Assembly: GCA_963702425.1 (NCBI GenBank)
Contig: CAVPCQ010000006.1
Coordinates: 96,001-160,000 of the forward strand
Direction: 5' to 3'
DNA: 64,000 nt
DNA from: an uncultured Acidobacteriota bacterium
Lineage (GTDB): Bacteria > Acidobacteriota > Polarisedimenticolia > J045
Notes under the pieces: generated by a model
What the model was told of the DNA's origin: nothing
Databases searched by the model: none
What the model saw: the letters and a program-made list of their open reading frames with translations, nothing else
Position numbers and translations under genes: made by a program
In this document: positions 1 through 9,024 of the stretch, in pieces
Layout: each line of letters starts with the position of its first letter
Numbering within the stretch: the first letter of the stretch is position 1

Positions 1-450
1 GGAGACGATCTGGACGTACCGGTCTTCCCCCGGGCGCAGCGCCGCGTCGTTGATTCCGCGCGCGTAGGGCTTGCCGAACCCGAACTCACTCCCCTGTGCG
101 AGGAACCCGCGCGCCGTCTTCTCGTACTTCGTGTAGAGTTGCTGCTTGTTGTCGTTTCCGACCGGCGTGCAGTCGATGACGACGGTCGCGCGCTCGAGGG
201 CGCCGATTTCGTCGTATTCGGGGTTGAGGCCGATCTCGCGGAAGCCGTCGACCGAGGACCTGTCCGCGACGAAGTGGGCGCCGCGCCGCACGAGGCTGAG
301 GACCTTGGAGCGGTCGGTCAGCAGCGGAGTCCGCTTGTGGAAGGTCACTTCGTCGATCCCGAGGGGCTCGCGATATTCGGAGAGGATCCCGATGAGCGGC
401 TCTCCGATGGTCCCGGTTCCGATGACGTGGACGACGACCTTGTTCGCCAT
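1..450 (-). CDS. Archaeal-type (class II) glyceraldehyde-3-phosphate dehydrogenase-like protein, N-terminal part (runs off the window edge; not in the ORF track)
   Basis: Manual translation: MANKVVVHVIGTGTIGEPLIG...VVIDCTPVG...FLAQGSE...YVQIVS. Rossmann GxGxIG, DCTP, QG(S/G)E and the V-x-(I/V)-V-S stretch that precedes the catalytic SCNT in archaeal GAPDH. AGGAG SD lies upstream of the ATG at 450. Confidence 0.7.
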   Translation of the reverse strand, partial: MANKVVVHVIGTGTIGEPLIGILSEYREPLGIDEVTFHKRTPLLTDRSKVLSLVRRGAHFVADRSSVDGFREIGLNPEYDEIGALERATVVIDCTPVGNDNKQQLYTKYEKTARGFLAQGSEFGFGKPYARGINDAALRPGEDRYVQIVS

Positions 451-565
451 GGCTCGAGGCTCCTGATCGGTTCCGGGGGACGCCGCCCGCGCGGCGTTCT
501 TGACGCCCGGAAACAGGCTGCCTAGCATACATCTCGCGCATGCCGTTGGTAAGAGTGGAGGGGAG

Positions 566-1531
566 TTGATCGGGCCGCCACGAGGCGCTCCAGAGCTGAA
601 CGTGGGCGAGTTGCTGCTGGCCGTGGGCGAACGGCTCGACGCGGTCGTCCGCGTCGGTCAGGACCAGCTCCAGCGCCCGATCGCCAGCCAGGCGATCCAG
701 AAGCCGGGACTCGTCATGGCCGGGCTCTGGAAGTACTACCATCCCGATCGGCTGCAGGTCTTCGGCAAGAGCGAGGACGACTTCCTGCGGCACCTGGCGC
801 CGGCGCAGGCCGCGGAGGTCGTGGCCCGGCTCTGCGAGGGGGCGGTCCCGGGGTTCGTCATGGCGTACGGACTCGAACCGCCCGCGCTGCTCCTGTCCGA
901 GTGCAGCCGCCGCGGCATCCCGATCCTGGTGACCCCGCAGCCGACCGATCGGGTGGTCGAGATCCTGGTGCGCTACCTCGCGATGCGCCTCGCCCCGTCG
1001 GTCCGGGTCCACGGCGTCCTGATCGACATCTACGGGCTGGGGGTGCTGATCCTCGGCGAGTCGGGGATTGGAAAGAGCGAGTCGGCGCTGGAGTTGATCA
1101 CTCGCGGTCACCGCCTCGTCGCCGACGACTCGGTCGAGATCCGGGAGGTCGACGACCAGCCGGTGGGGAACTCGCCCGGGCTCACGCGGCACCTGATGGA
1201 GGTGCGCGGGCTCGGGATCGTGAACGTGGTGGAGCTGTTCGGCGTCACAGCGGTGCTCGAGAGCAAGCCGGTCGAGCAGGTGGTGCGGCTGTTCCGCTAC
1301 GAGCCTGGCATGACCGTCGACCGCCTCGGCGGCCGGCACGAGACCGAGATCCTGGCGCACCGGCTTCCGCTGATCGAGATCCCGGTCGCCCCCGGACGCA
1401 ACCTCGCGGTGCTGCTCGAGATGTCGGCCCGCCTCCAGCTGCTCAAGGGGCACGGCCGCGACGCGTCACGCGATCTGCAGGCGGAGATCAACCGGCTGAT
1501 CGGGGCCCAGTCCGGCGAGACGACGCCATGA
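566..1531 (+). CDS. hprK: HPr(Ser) kinase/phosphorylase
   Basis: [24 protein letters not shown] (Walker A), [25 protein letters not shown]. Start uncertain (TTG 566 or GTG 602). Confidence 0.95.
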   Translation: MIGPPRGAPELNVGELLLAVGERLDAVVRVGQDQLQRPIASQAIQKPGLVMAGLWKYYHPDRLQVFGKSEDDFLRHLAPAQAAEVVARLCEGAVPGFVMAYGLEPPALLLSECSRRGIPILVTPQPTDRVVEILVRYLAMRLAPSVRVHGVLIDIYGLGVLILGESGIGKSESALELITRGHRLVADDSVEIREVDDQPVGNSPGLTRHLMEVRGLGIVNVVELFGVTAVLESKPVEQVVRLFRYEPGMTVDRLGGRHETEILAHRLPLIEIPVAPGRNLAVLLEMSARLQLLKGHGRDASRDLQAEINRLIGAQSGETTP

Positions 1532-2411
1532 CGCGGCTCGTCGTCGTGACCGGCCTCTCGGGGTCGGGCAAGACGCAGGCGCTGCGCTGCCTCGAGGACA
1601 TGGGCTACTTCGCGGTCGACAACCTGCCGATCCCGCTGATTCCGTCCTTCGTCGAGCTGCTCGGGCGCAGCCAGGGCAGGAGGCGCGCGGCGCCTTCGTC
1701 GCCGACGTGCGCGACAGCGCCAACCTGGCCGACCTCCCGGCGGTGCTCGACGACCTGCGCGAGCGCGAGGGGCTCGAGCTGCGGCTGCTGTTCTTCGAGG
1801 CCCAGGAAGAGGCGCTCGTGCGCCGCTTCTCGGAGACGCGGCGGCCGCACCCGCTCGACAAGGAGAGCGAGACGGGGATCGCCGACGCGATCCGCCGTGA
1901 AGCCACCCTGCTGGGAGAGCTGCGCTCGGCGGCCGACGCGGTGATCGGGACCGACGCGATGTCGCCGCACGAGCTGCGGCGGATCGTCCAGAACAGCCTC
2001 GATCCGGGACGCGAGGCCTCGCCGCTCCACGTGCGCGTCGTTTCCTTCGGATTCAAGTTCGGCCTGCCGCGCGAGGCCGACATGGTCTTCGACGCGCGGT
2101 TCCTGCCCAATCCGTACTTCAAGCCCGAGCTGCGCGCGAAGGACGGGCGCGACGAGGCGGTCTCGTCGTACCTGGAGCAGCAGGAGGGCTACCGCGAGTT
2201 CGCCGAACGGGTCGAGGACCTGCTCGACTTCGTGATGCCGCGGTTCGTCGGGGAAGGGAAGAGCTACTTCACGCTCGGCATCGGATGCACCGGCGGCCGG
2301 CACCGCTCGGTGGCCCTCGCCGAGCGGCTCTCCGCCTGGCTCCGCGCCGCGGGCTACCAGGCGACCGTGACCCACCGCGACCTCGTACGCGACGCGGAGC
2401 GACCCCGATGA
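1528..2411 (+). CDS. rapZ: RNase adaptor RapZ/YvcJ family P-loop protein (apparent frameshift near 1680)
   Basis: [25 protein letters not shown] in one frame; [40 protein letters not shown] in the next. ATGA overlap with hprK. Confidence 0.92.
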
Positions 2412-2818
2412 TCGGCATCCTCGTCGTCACCCATGGGAACGTCGCGGCCGAGCTGGCCGCGGCCGGCCGGACGATCGTCGCGCGGGAATCGCCGCTGGTC
2501 GCGCTGACGCTGGACTGGGACGACGACGTGACCGACGCGCGCGGTCGCCTTGCGGAGGCGATCGCGTCGATCGATCGCGGTGCCGGCGTGCTGATCCTGA
2601 CCGACATGTTCGGCGGGACCCCGACCAACCTGGCCATGACCTTCTACGCTCCCGGGAAGGTGGAGGTGGTCACGGGCGTCAACCTGCCGATGCTGGTCAA
2701 GGCGCTCACCCTGCGGGAGGACGCGGCGCTCGCGGAGGCAGCCCAGCTGCTGGCCGAGAAGGGGCGCAGCGCGATCAGCGTGGCGGGCTCGCTGCTCGGG
2801 ACCCACGGCGAGGCCTGA
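2408..2818 (+). CDS. PTS EIIA component, mannose/fructose family
   Basis: [10 protein letters not shown] (phospho-His), LTDMFGGTP, VTGVNLPML. ATGA overlap with rapZ. Confidence 0.92.
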   Translation: MIGILVVTHGNVAAELAAAGRTIVARESPLVALTLDWDDDVTDARGRLAEAIASIDRGAGVLILTDMFGGTPTNLAMTFYAPGKVEVVTGVNLPMLVKALTLREDAALAEAAQLLAEKGRSAISVAGSLLGTHGEA

Positions 2819-2822
2819 GGCC

Positions 2823-3095
2823 GTGCCGGAGCGCACGGTGCGGCTGGTCAATCGGCTCGGCCTGCACGCGCGAGCCGCGGCGCGTTTCGTCGATCTCGCC
2901 GGCCGTTTCCGATCGTCGATCGTCGTCTTCATGGGAGGGGTCGGCGTGGACGGCAAGTCGATCCTCGGCATCCTGACCCTGGCTGCGCCGTGCGGCTCCG
3001 AGCTGCGGCTCGTCATCGACGGCGACGACGCCGAGGCGGCGCTCGCGGCGCTGGCCGAGCTCGTGGCCGCGGGGTTCGGGGAGGAGCACGGATGA
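2823..3095 (+). CDS. ptsH: Phosphocarrier protein HPr
   Basis: NRLGLHARAA (His15 motif) and GKSILGIL (Ser46 motif); 90 aa. Confidence 0.95.
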   Translation: MPERTVRLVNRLGLHARAAARFVDLAGRFRSSIVVFMGGVGVDGKSILGILTLAAPCGSELRLVIDGDDAEAALAALAELVAAGFGEEHG

Positions 3096-4882
3096 TCGCC
3101 CTGCAGGGGATCGGCTCGAGCTCCGGAATCGCGGTGGGACAGGCCCTGGTCGTGGGCCGGCACGAGCTCCACGTGCCGCGCTACCGCATCCGGGCGGACG
3201 AGATCCCGCGCGAGCTGCGCCGCTTCTGGACCGCGCGGCGCCAGGCGCGCGAGGAGATCCTCACGCTGCGCGAGAACGCGGCGCGCAAGCTGGGGGCCAA
3301 GTACGCGGGCATCTTCGACGCCCACCTGCTGATCCTCGAGGATCGGAAGCTCGGGCGCGAGACGGTCGCCCGCGTGCGGCACCGCCGGCACAACGTGGAG
3401 TGGAGCCTGGCCGCTACGGTCAACGGGCTGCTGACGACGCTCGACGCCGTGGAGGATCCCTATCTCCGGGAGCGCGGCGGCGACATCGTCGACGTCCACG
3501 AGCGCCTGCAGCGGATCCTCGCCGGCGCCGCGAACCGCCACGAGGGGCGCCTCGAGCTGACCGAGGACGCGGTGATCCTCGCGCACAGCCTCTCGCCGTC
3601 CGATGCGATCTGGCTCAACCAGCCGCGGATCGTCGGGATCGCGACCGAGAAGGGCGGACCGACCTCGCACACGGCGATCCTCGCGGCGGCACTCGGGCTC
3701 CCCGCCGTGCTGGGGGTCGATCGGCTGCTCGAGACCGCCGGCGAAGGCGAGGCGGTGGTGGTCGACAGCGTGGCCGGGACCGTGCTGCTTCAGGCCGGCG
3801 AGGCCCAGCTGGAGGAGTTCCGCGCCCGGGGCGCCGAGCTGCGGCTCCGCGCCATGCGGACGTCGCCGCGCGGACCGCTCCACACCACCGACGGGATCGA
3901 GGTGCAGGTCGCGGCCAATCTCGAGTTCCCGGAGGAGATGGCGGTGCTCGAGCGGGTTGGAGCCCGCGGCGTCGGGCTGTTCCGCACCGAATTCCTGTGG
4001 CTCGCCCGCGGCGGAACCTCACCGGACGAGGAGGAGCACCTCGCGGCCTACCGGCGCTTGCTGGCGATCGACCTGGACGCCCCGGTCGTGATCCGGACGC
4101 TCGACCTGGGCGGGGAGAAACTGCCCGCCACCGAAGCCCGGCGCGAAGAAGAACCGAACCCGGTGATGGGCCTGCGGGCGGTCCGCTACTGCCTCGCGCA
4201 CCCGGGCGTCTTCCGGACGCAACTGCGCGCGATCTTCCGCGCCGCGGCGGAGACGGAACGGGTCTGGATCATGGTGCCGCTGATCTCGGGGCTCGAGGAG
4301 TGGCGCTCGGTACGCCGTTTCGTGGAGCAGGTCCGCGAGGAGGTGACCCGCGAGGGGCTGGTGGTCCCCCGCGTCCCGCTCGGCTGCATGATCGAGGTCC
4401 CCTCGGCGGCCCTCGTCGCCGACCGGCTCGCCCGCGAGGCCGACTTCTTCTCGATCGGGAGCAACGACCTGATCCAGTACGCCCTGGCGGTCGACCGCGG
4501 CAACAGCCGCGTCGCCTACCTCCACGACCCGTGGCACCCGGCGGTGCTGCGCCTGATCCGGATGGCGGTGGAGGCCGGCGCGCTGGCCCGGATCCCGGTG
4601 ACCTTCTGCGGTGAGATGGCCTCCGACCCGCTCGGGGCCCTGACCCTGCTGGGCCTGGGGCTGACCCGCTTCTCGTGCACCCCAGCCCAGATCCCGATGG
4701 TGCGGGAGACGATCGCGGCCGCCTCCGCGCGCCGCTGGTCCGAGCTCGTGGACGAGGCCGCGAGCCGGCCCACGGGGCGGGAGATCCGCGAACGCCTTGA
4801 CGCCGAGGCGGCCCGGCTGCTCCCCTGGCGGCAGGAGCGGTTCGAGGCCTTCCCCCCCGGCGCCGGCCCGGCGCGTTCCTAG
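3092..4882 (+). CDS. ptsI: PEP-protein phosphotransferase (PTS enzyme I)
   Basis: GGPTSHTAI (phospho-His), GVGLFRTEF, RTLDLGGEK, EPNPVMGLR, MIEVPSA, FSIGSNDLIQY, CGEM. Confidence 0.95.
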   Translation: MIALQGIGSSSGIAVGQALVVGRHELHVPRYRIRADEIPRELRRFWTARRQAREEILTLRENAARKLGAKYAGIFDAHLLILEDRKLGRETVARVRHRRHNVEWSLAATVNGLLTTLDAVEDPYLRERGGDIVDVHERLQRILAGAANRHEGRLELTEDAVILAHSLSPSDAIWLNQPRIVGIATEKGGPTSHTAILAAALGLPAVLGVDRLLETAGEGEAVVVDSVAGTVLLQAGEAQLEEFRARGAELRLRAMRTSPRGPLHTTDGIEVQVAANLEFPEEMAVLERVGARGVGLFRTEFLWLARGGTSPDEEEHLAAYRRLLAIDLDAPVVIRTLDLGGEKLPATEARREEEPNPVMGLRAVRYCLAHPGVFRTQLRAIFRAAAETERVWIMVPLISGLEEWRSVRRFVEQVREEVTREGLVVPRVPLGCMIEVPSAALVADRLAREADFFSIGSNDLIQYALAVDRGNSRVAYLHDPWHPAVLRLIRMAVEAGALARIPVTFCGEMASDPLGALTLLGLGLTRFSCTPAQIPMVRETIAAASARRWSELVDEAASRPTGREIRERLDAEAARLLPWRQERFEAFPPGAGPARS

Positions 4883-4938
4883 GTGGCGGGGCCTGTCGAG
4901 CGCTCTGCTACAATTTCGGCCCCCGGGGAGAGAACCAG

Positions 4939-6009
4939 GTGTCGACCCAGCGCGCCGACAGCGAGCCCGAGTTGGTCCGACCGGCCGACGTCTGCGCCCG
5001 GCTCGATATTCAGCCCTACATCCTGAAGTTCTGGGAAAGTGAGTTCCCCCTGCTCGGGCGCCGGGTCGGTCCGAAGCGCCTCTACGACGGGCCCGCGTTC
5101 GAGATGGTCCGCGAGATCCGCCGGCTCGTGCTCGACGAGCGGCACTCGCTGGCAGAGGCGCGGGCAACGCTCGACGTCCGGTTCGCCTCGGAGGCGGCGC
5201 CCGCGGCAGCGCTCGAAGCGCCCGGGACGGGACCGGCCGCGGAGGTAGGGAACTCGTCGCCGGAAGCGTCGGCCGACCAGCTGCGCCGCGCCGAGGAACG
5301 GGTCGGCCTCCTCGAGCGGGAGTTGGGGGCGGCCCAGGACCTGCTGCGGAAGGTCCAGGCACTGAAGGGGCGCGTTGCCGAGCTGGAGGATGCGCTCGCA
5401 CGCGGTGAGGCCGACAAACGCGGCGCGCTGGCCGCACAGGCCGCCGAGCTCAACGCCGACCTGGGGAAGGCCCGGGAACTGGTGCGCGGGCGGGAAGACG
5501 ACCTGCGCCGCGCACGCGAGGAAACGGCCGAGGCGCGGCGGCAGCTCGACGAGGAGAAACAGGTCCGACTCAAGGCGGCGACCCAGGCCGCGCGAGTTCC
5601 GGAACTCTCCGACCAACTCGCCCGGCTCGAGCGCGAACTCGTGGCCGAGCGCCAGCGCCACGCCGAAGCTGCAGCCCTGCTCGACGGGCTGCGGGCCCGA
5701 CAGGTCGAGGCGGGGCAGCGCGACCTGGAGTGGCGGACCGAGGCGTCGAGGACCATCTCCGCCGCGCTGCGCGAGGTGCGCGAGATCGCGTTCCACGCCG
5801 AGGGCCTGGAGAAGGCGCTGGAGCCGGTCGAGAGCCGTCCCCGGCGCGCCGCACCCGCCGCCGCGGCTCCGCTTCCCGAACCGCCGGCCGACATCGAGGA
5901 ACTGGCGGCGGAGGCCCTCCAGGAGAGCCTCGCCGGGGCCGACCCGCCGGACGACGACTCGGCCGCGGGTGCGACGCCGGCCGCCGAGAACGAGCTTGGG
6001 ACGACCTGA
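4939..6009 (+). CDS. MerR-family HTH protein with long coiled-coil and acidic C-terminal extension
   Basis: N-terminal VCARLDIQPYILKFWESEFPLL...KRLY..EIRRLV MerR HTH, then about 190 aa of heptad-like A/E/R/L sequence and a Pro/acidic tail. Extended -10 TGCTACAAT near 4906. Confidence 0.75.
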   Translation: MSTQRADSEPELVRPADVCARLDIQPYILKFWESEFPLLGRRVGPKRLYDGPAFEMVREIRRLVLDERHSLAEARATLDVRFASEAAPAAALEAPGTGPAAEVGNSSPEASADQLRRAEERVGLLERELGAAQDLLRKVQALKGRVAELEDALARGEADKRGALAAQAAELNADLGKARELVRGREDDLRRAREETAEARRQLDEEKQVRLKAATQAARVPELSDQLARLERELVAERQRHAEAAALLDGLRARQVEAGQRDLEWRTEASRTISAALREVREIAFHAEGLEKALEPVESRPRRAAPAAAAPLPEPPADIEELAAEALQESLAGADPPDDDSAAGATPAAENELGTT

Positions 6010-6088
6010 ACCGGCGGCGCGCAACCGGGGCCGGTGCTAGAATCCCGTGTCGACCGCCCGCTGGGCGGTCGTTGCGTGTCCAGCCGGT

Positions 6089-6165
6089 CGGGGCGTGGCG
6101 CAGCCTGGTAGCGCACTTGCTTGGGGTGCAAGTGGTCGCCGGTTCAAATCCGGCCGCCCCGACCA
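6089..6165 (+). tRNA. tRNA-Pro (GGG)
   Basis: CGGGGCGTGGCGCAGCCTGGTAGCGC; anticodon arm CTTGC-TTGGGGT-GCAAG; GGTTCAAATCC T-loop; encoded CCA; 77 nt. TGCTAGAAT extended -10 near 6035-6043. Confidence 0.97.
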
Positions 6166-6233
6166 ATCAGACCATCGAGACGGATGACCTCGCTCGACAC
6201 CCGCGCGTGCCCCGGTGACGGAGCCGGGCCGGA

Positions 6234-6806
6234 TCAGTTGAGGTCCTTGTCCTTGTAGTACTTCGTTCCCTTGGCCGTAAGCTCCAAGGCCAGGCCGGCG
6301 TCGGTGAGCTGGTAGAGCCAGACCCCGGGCGAAACGGACAACGCACCCTGGAAGGAGGAGCCCGTATTGCCGGCCTTGGCGGCAGCACTCGCCTGGCCGC
6401 CGAGCTCCCAGCCGGAGTCGACGAATGTCGCGAGCGACTTCGGCGTTTCGAAAACCCAGACCAGGCTGAACTTCTTCGCGCCGAAGCCGAGGCCGGCCTG
6501 GACCTCGACCATCTTCATGAACGTTTCCTTCCCGGTCTTGTTGTCCACGGCAAGGCCTTTCCCCGAGCCGCCGCCCGCCACGAGGATCTTCATGCCGAAG
6601 TTGTTGAAGACCGCGTAGCCGGCCGCCTTCTCGATGGCGGCTTTGGCGCGGGGTTGCGTCTTGTAGAGCTGTGCCAGGGTCGCCTGCGCTGCTTCCCGGA
6701 TCTTCTGGCGTGTTCCGTCTGCCTTCGACTCCTGCGCCAGGGCCGGGCCGAAGGAGCCGAGACCGATGGAGAGGAACAGCACGATCAGAACCTTGCTTCT
6801 GCACAT
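6234..6806 (-). CDS. Secreted YSC84/SYLF-related lipid-binding protein
   Basis: Signal peptide, then AAGYAVF, GGGSGKG, QAGLGFG, GWELGGQASAAAK, LYQLTDAGLALELTAKGTKYY, typical of bacterial YSC84-related proteins. Confidence 0.75.
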   Translation of the reverse strand: MCRSKVLIVLFLSIGLGSFGPALAQESKADGTRQKIREAAQATLAQLYKTQPRAKAAIEKAAGYAVFNNFGMKILVAGGGSGKGLAVDNKTGKETFMKMVEVQAGLGFGAKKFSLVWVFETPKSLATFVDSGWELGGQASAAAKAGNTGSSFQGALSVSPGVWLYQLTDAGLALELTAKGTKYYKDKDLN

Positions 6807-7000
6807 GGTGGCTCTCTCCCCGCTCGAACGAACACGACGGTTACGCTGCGGCTCCGGTCATCCCGGAGATAGCGATCAGGACCGATCATACACGCGGTTT
6901 CCCGACGGTGTGAAGTGCTCCGCCCGGCAGCGCCAGCCGGTCCTCGCACGGTCGGCGAACCCGGTCGGCAGCCGCTCCATGGGAGACCTCCGGCCGCGCT

Positions 7001-7630
7001 TCAGAAGCTCCGCGAGTAGTTGTAGAGGAACGCGACCTTCCGGCAGTCCCTCACCGGCGCGACGAATCGGATCCGCTTGACCTCCGCTGTCGCCAGTTCG
7101 GCGAGCGCTGCGTCGCCCGTGCTGTTCTCGATCACCTTCGTCGAGACGACCGCCCCGTCGGCGGCGACGTGCGCCTGGATCACGACCCGGCCCCGGCTCG
7201 CGCCGGTCGCGTCGAAAGCGAGCGGCGGCGCGTTCAGGAGCTGCGGCGCGGCGTCGGGGAGGCACGGCTCCTCCTTCCGAGCGTAGCGCGCGCTGATCCA
7301 GCCCTCCCTGCCGCCCGGCAACCCCACGCGGTACCACTCGGACCGTTCCTCGAGCAGTGCCAGCTTCTCGCCCTTTCTCACCTTCCCCACGATCACCGCG
7401 CCGGCCGACGATTCGCTCCGGACGTTGACCGTCGATCCGGTGACCCGCACGAGAGTGGGGGGAGGAGGAGGCGGCGGCTCTGGAACGCGGACCGGCTCCA
7501 CCACTTCGGGCGGCGCGGGAGGCGGCGGTGGCGGGGGAGCGGCCGAGCGGCATCCGGCCGGGACCAGGAGCCCTCCCAGTGCTGCCAGTGCCAGCAGGAG
7601 CGGACGGCCGCGGCCGACGATGCGCGTCAT
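7001..7630 (-). CDS. Putative lipoprotein with Pro-rich linker, SH3b domain and TonB C-terminal-like domain
   Basis: Lipobox-like LVPAGC, poly-Pro linker, SH3b (VNVRS..IVGKVRKGEKL..EWYRV..GREGWISARY), TonB_C-like GRVVIQAHVAADGAVVSTKVIENSTGDAALAELATAEVKRIRF. Confidence 0.7.
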   Translation of the reverse strand: MTRIVGRGRPLLLALAALGGLLVPAGCRSAAPPPPPPPAPPEVVEPVRVPEPPPPPPPTLVRVTGSTVNVRSESSAGAVIVGKVRKGEKLALLEERSEWYRVGLPGGREGWISARYARKEEPCLPDAAPQLLNAPPLAFDATGASRGRVVIQAHVAADGAVVSTKVIENSTGDAALAELATAEVKRIRFVAPVRDCRKVAFLYNYSRSF

Positions 7631-7788
7631 GGGGTCTCCCGGGTGCCGGCGCGTTCCGGGCCGCCGGCGAGGCGGATCGTAGCACCCGGGAGAAGGCGGT
7701 CCGCGACCGCACGCCCCCGCCGGGAGCGGCCCGGCCGAAGGCTCGGGGTGACCGCTGGGGACCGATCGGCGACCATCGGTCGACCCGT

Positions 7789-7815
7789 TGCCACCCTGGA
7801 ACCCCCTCTTTCGTA
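7789..7815 (+). promoter_or_regulatory. Putative ECF sigma (SigW-like) promoter of the ABC exporter operon
   Basis: TGCCAC-N17-CGTA, about 63 nt upstream of the ATG at 7879; parallels the motif at 12309. Confidence 0.4.
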
Positions 7816-7878
7816 TTTCTGGCGACGGCCGGCGGAGGACCGCCCGGCCGGGGCGCGCGGATCCCCGCGGGAGGTCTC

Positions 7879-8997
7879 ATGGGCAAGCTGATCAGGCTCC
7901 TCGTCATCCTGGTCGTGGTCGGGGCCGGCGTCGTCGGCGTGTACGCCTGGCTGCGCGGCAAGGACTCGGCCGGCGACGGGCTGAAGACGGTCGACGTCAC
8001 GACCGGTGCGATCACCGAGAAGGCGATCGCGGTCGGCCAGATCAAGCCGCGGCTGGAGTTCAAGGTGAAGTCGAAGATCCCCGGGATCGTGAAGCGCTGC
8101 TTCGTCGAAGTCGGCGAGCGGGTGCGAGCCGGCGATCCGCTGTTCGAGATCGCTCCCGACCCGACCCCGAGCGAGCTGGTGCAGGTCGAACGCGAGGTCG
8201 AGTCGCGGCGCGCCGCGTTCGCTCGTGCCAAGGCCGACTTCGACCGCCTGAGCCAGCTCCACACCGAGGGGATCGTCGCTCGCGGCGATCTCGACGCGGC
8301 CCGCGAGTCGTTCGACCGCGCGCGGATCGAGCTGGCCCGCGCCGAAGACGGGCTCGCCCTGACCCGCAAGGGGCGGATCGAGGGGCGCGGCAGCGAGATG
8401 GAATCGATCGTCCGCGCGCCCGCAGGCGGGGTCCTGCTCGCGCGGCAGGTCAACCCCGGCGACCCGGTGGTGCCGCTGACCTCGTATCAGCCGGGGACCG
8501 ACATGGCGACCGTGGCCGACATGTCCGACCTGATCTTCCAGGGGACCGTCGACGAGATCGACGTCGGGAAGCTGCAGGCCGGGGTCGAGGCGCGGATCAA
8601 GATCGGCGCCCTCCCCGACAAGCCCGTCACCGGACGGATCAGCCGGATCGCACCGCAGGCCAAGGAAAAGGACGGGGCTCGCCTGTTCGACATCGAGCTC
8701 GAGCTCGATCCCGCGGCGAGCCTCACCCTGCGCGCCGGGTACTCCGCCAACGCCGACCTGGTGATCCGCGAGAAGACCGACATCCTGGTGATCCCCGAGC
8801 GGCTGGTGACCTTCGAGGACGGCGGCAAGAAGGCCTTCGTCGAGGTCCCGGGCGACGCGCCCGGCGCGGACCCGAAGCGGGTCGAGATCACGACCGGACT
8901 GTCGGACGGCCTCAACGTCGAGGTGGTCTCCGGGCTCTCCAAGGGGGACAAGGTGATCCAGCGTCCGCCCAAGGAGATCAGCGGGCTGCCGGGCTAG
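7879..8997 (+). CDS. MacA-like periplasmic adaptor (membrane fusion protein)
   Basis: N-terminal TM, VKSKIPGIV..VEVGERVRAGDPL lipoyl half, helical hairpin, IVRAPAGG, VDEIDVGKL, GLSDG. GGAGG SD. Confidence 0.9.
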   Translation: MGKLIRLLVILVVVGAGVVGVYAWLRGKDSAGDGLKTVDVTTGAITEKAIAVGQIKPRLEFKVKSKIPGIVKRCFVEVGERVRAGDPLFEIAPDPTPSELVQVEREVESRRAAFARAKADFDRLSQLHTEGIVARGDLDAARESFDRARIELARAEDGLALTRKGRIEGRGSEMESIVRAPAGGVLLARQVNPGDPVVPLTSYQPGTDMATVADMSDLIFQGTVDEIDVGKLQAGVEARIKIGALPDKPVTGRISRIAPQAKEKDGARLFDIELELDPAASLTLRAGYSANADLVIREKTDILVIPERLVTFEDGGKKAFVEVPGDAPGADPKRVEITTGLSDGLNVEVVSGLSKGDKVIQRPPKEISGLPG

Positions 8998-9024
8998 GCG
9001 GCGCGCACGGCGGCGGGAGGCGCG

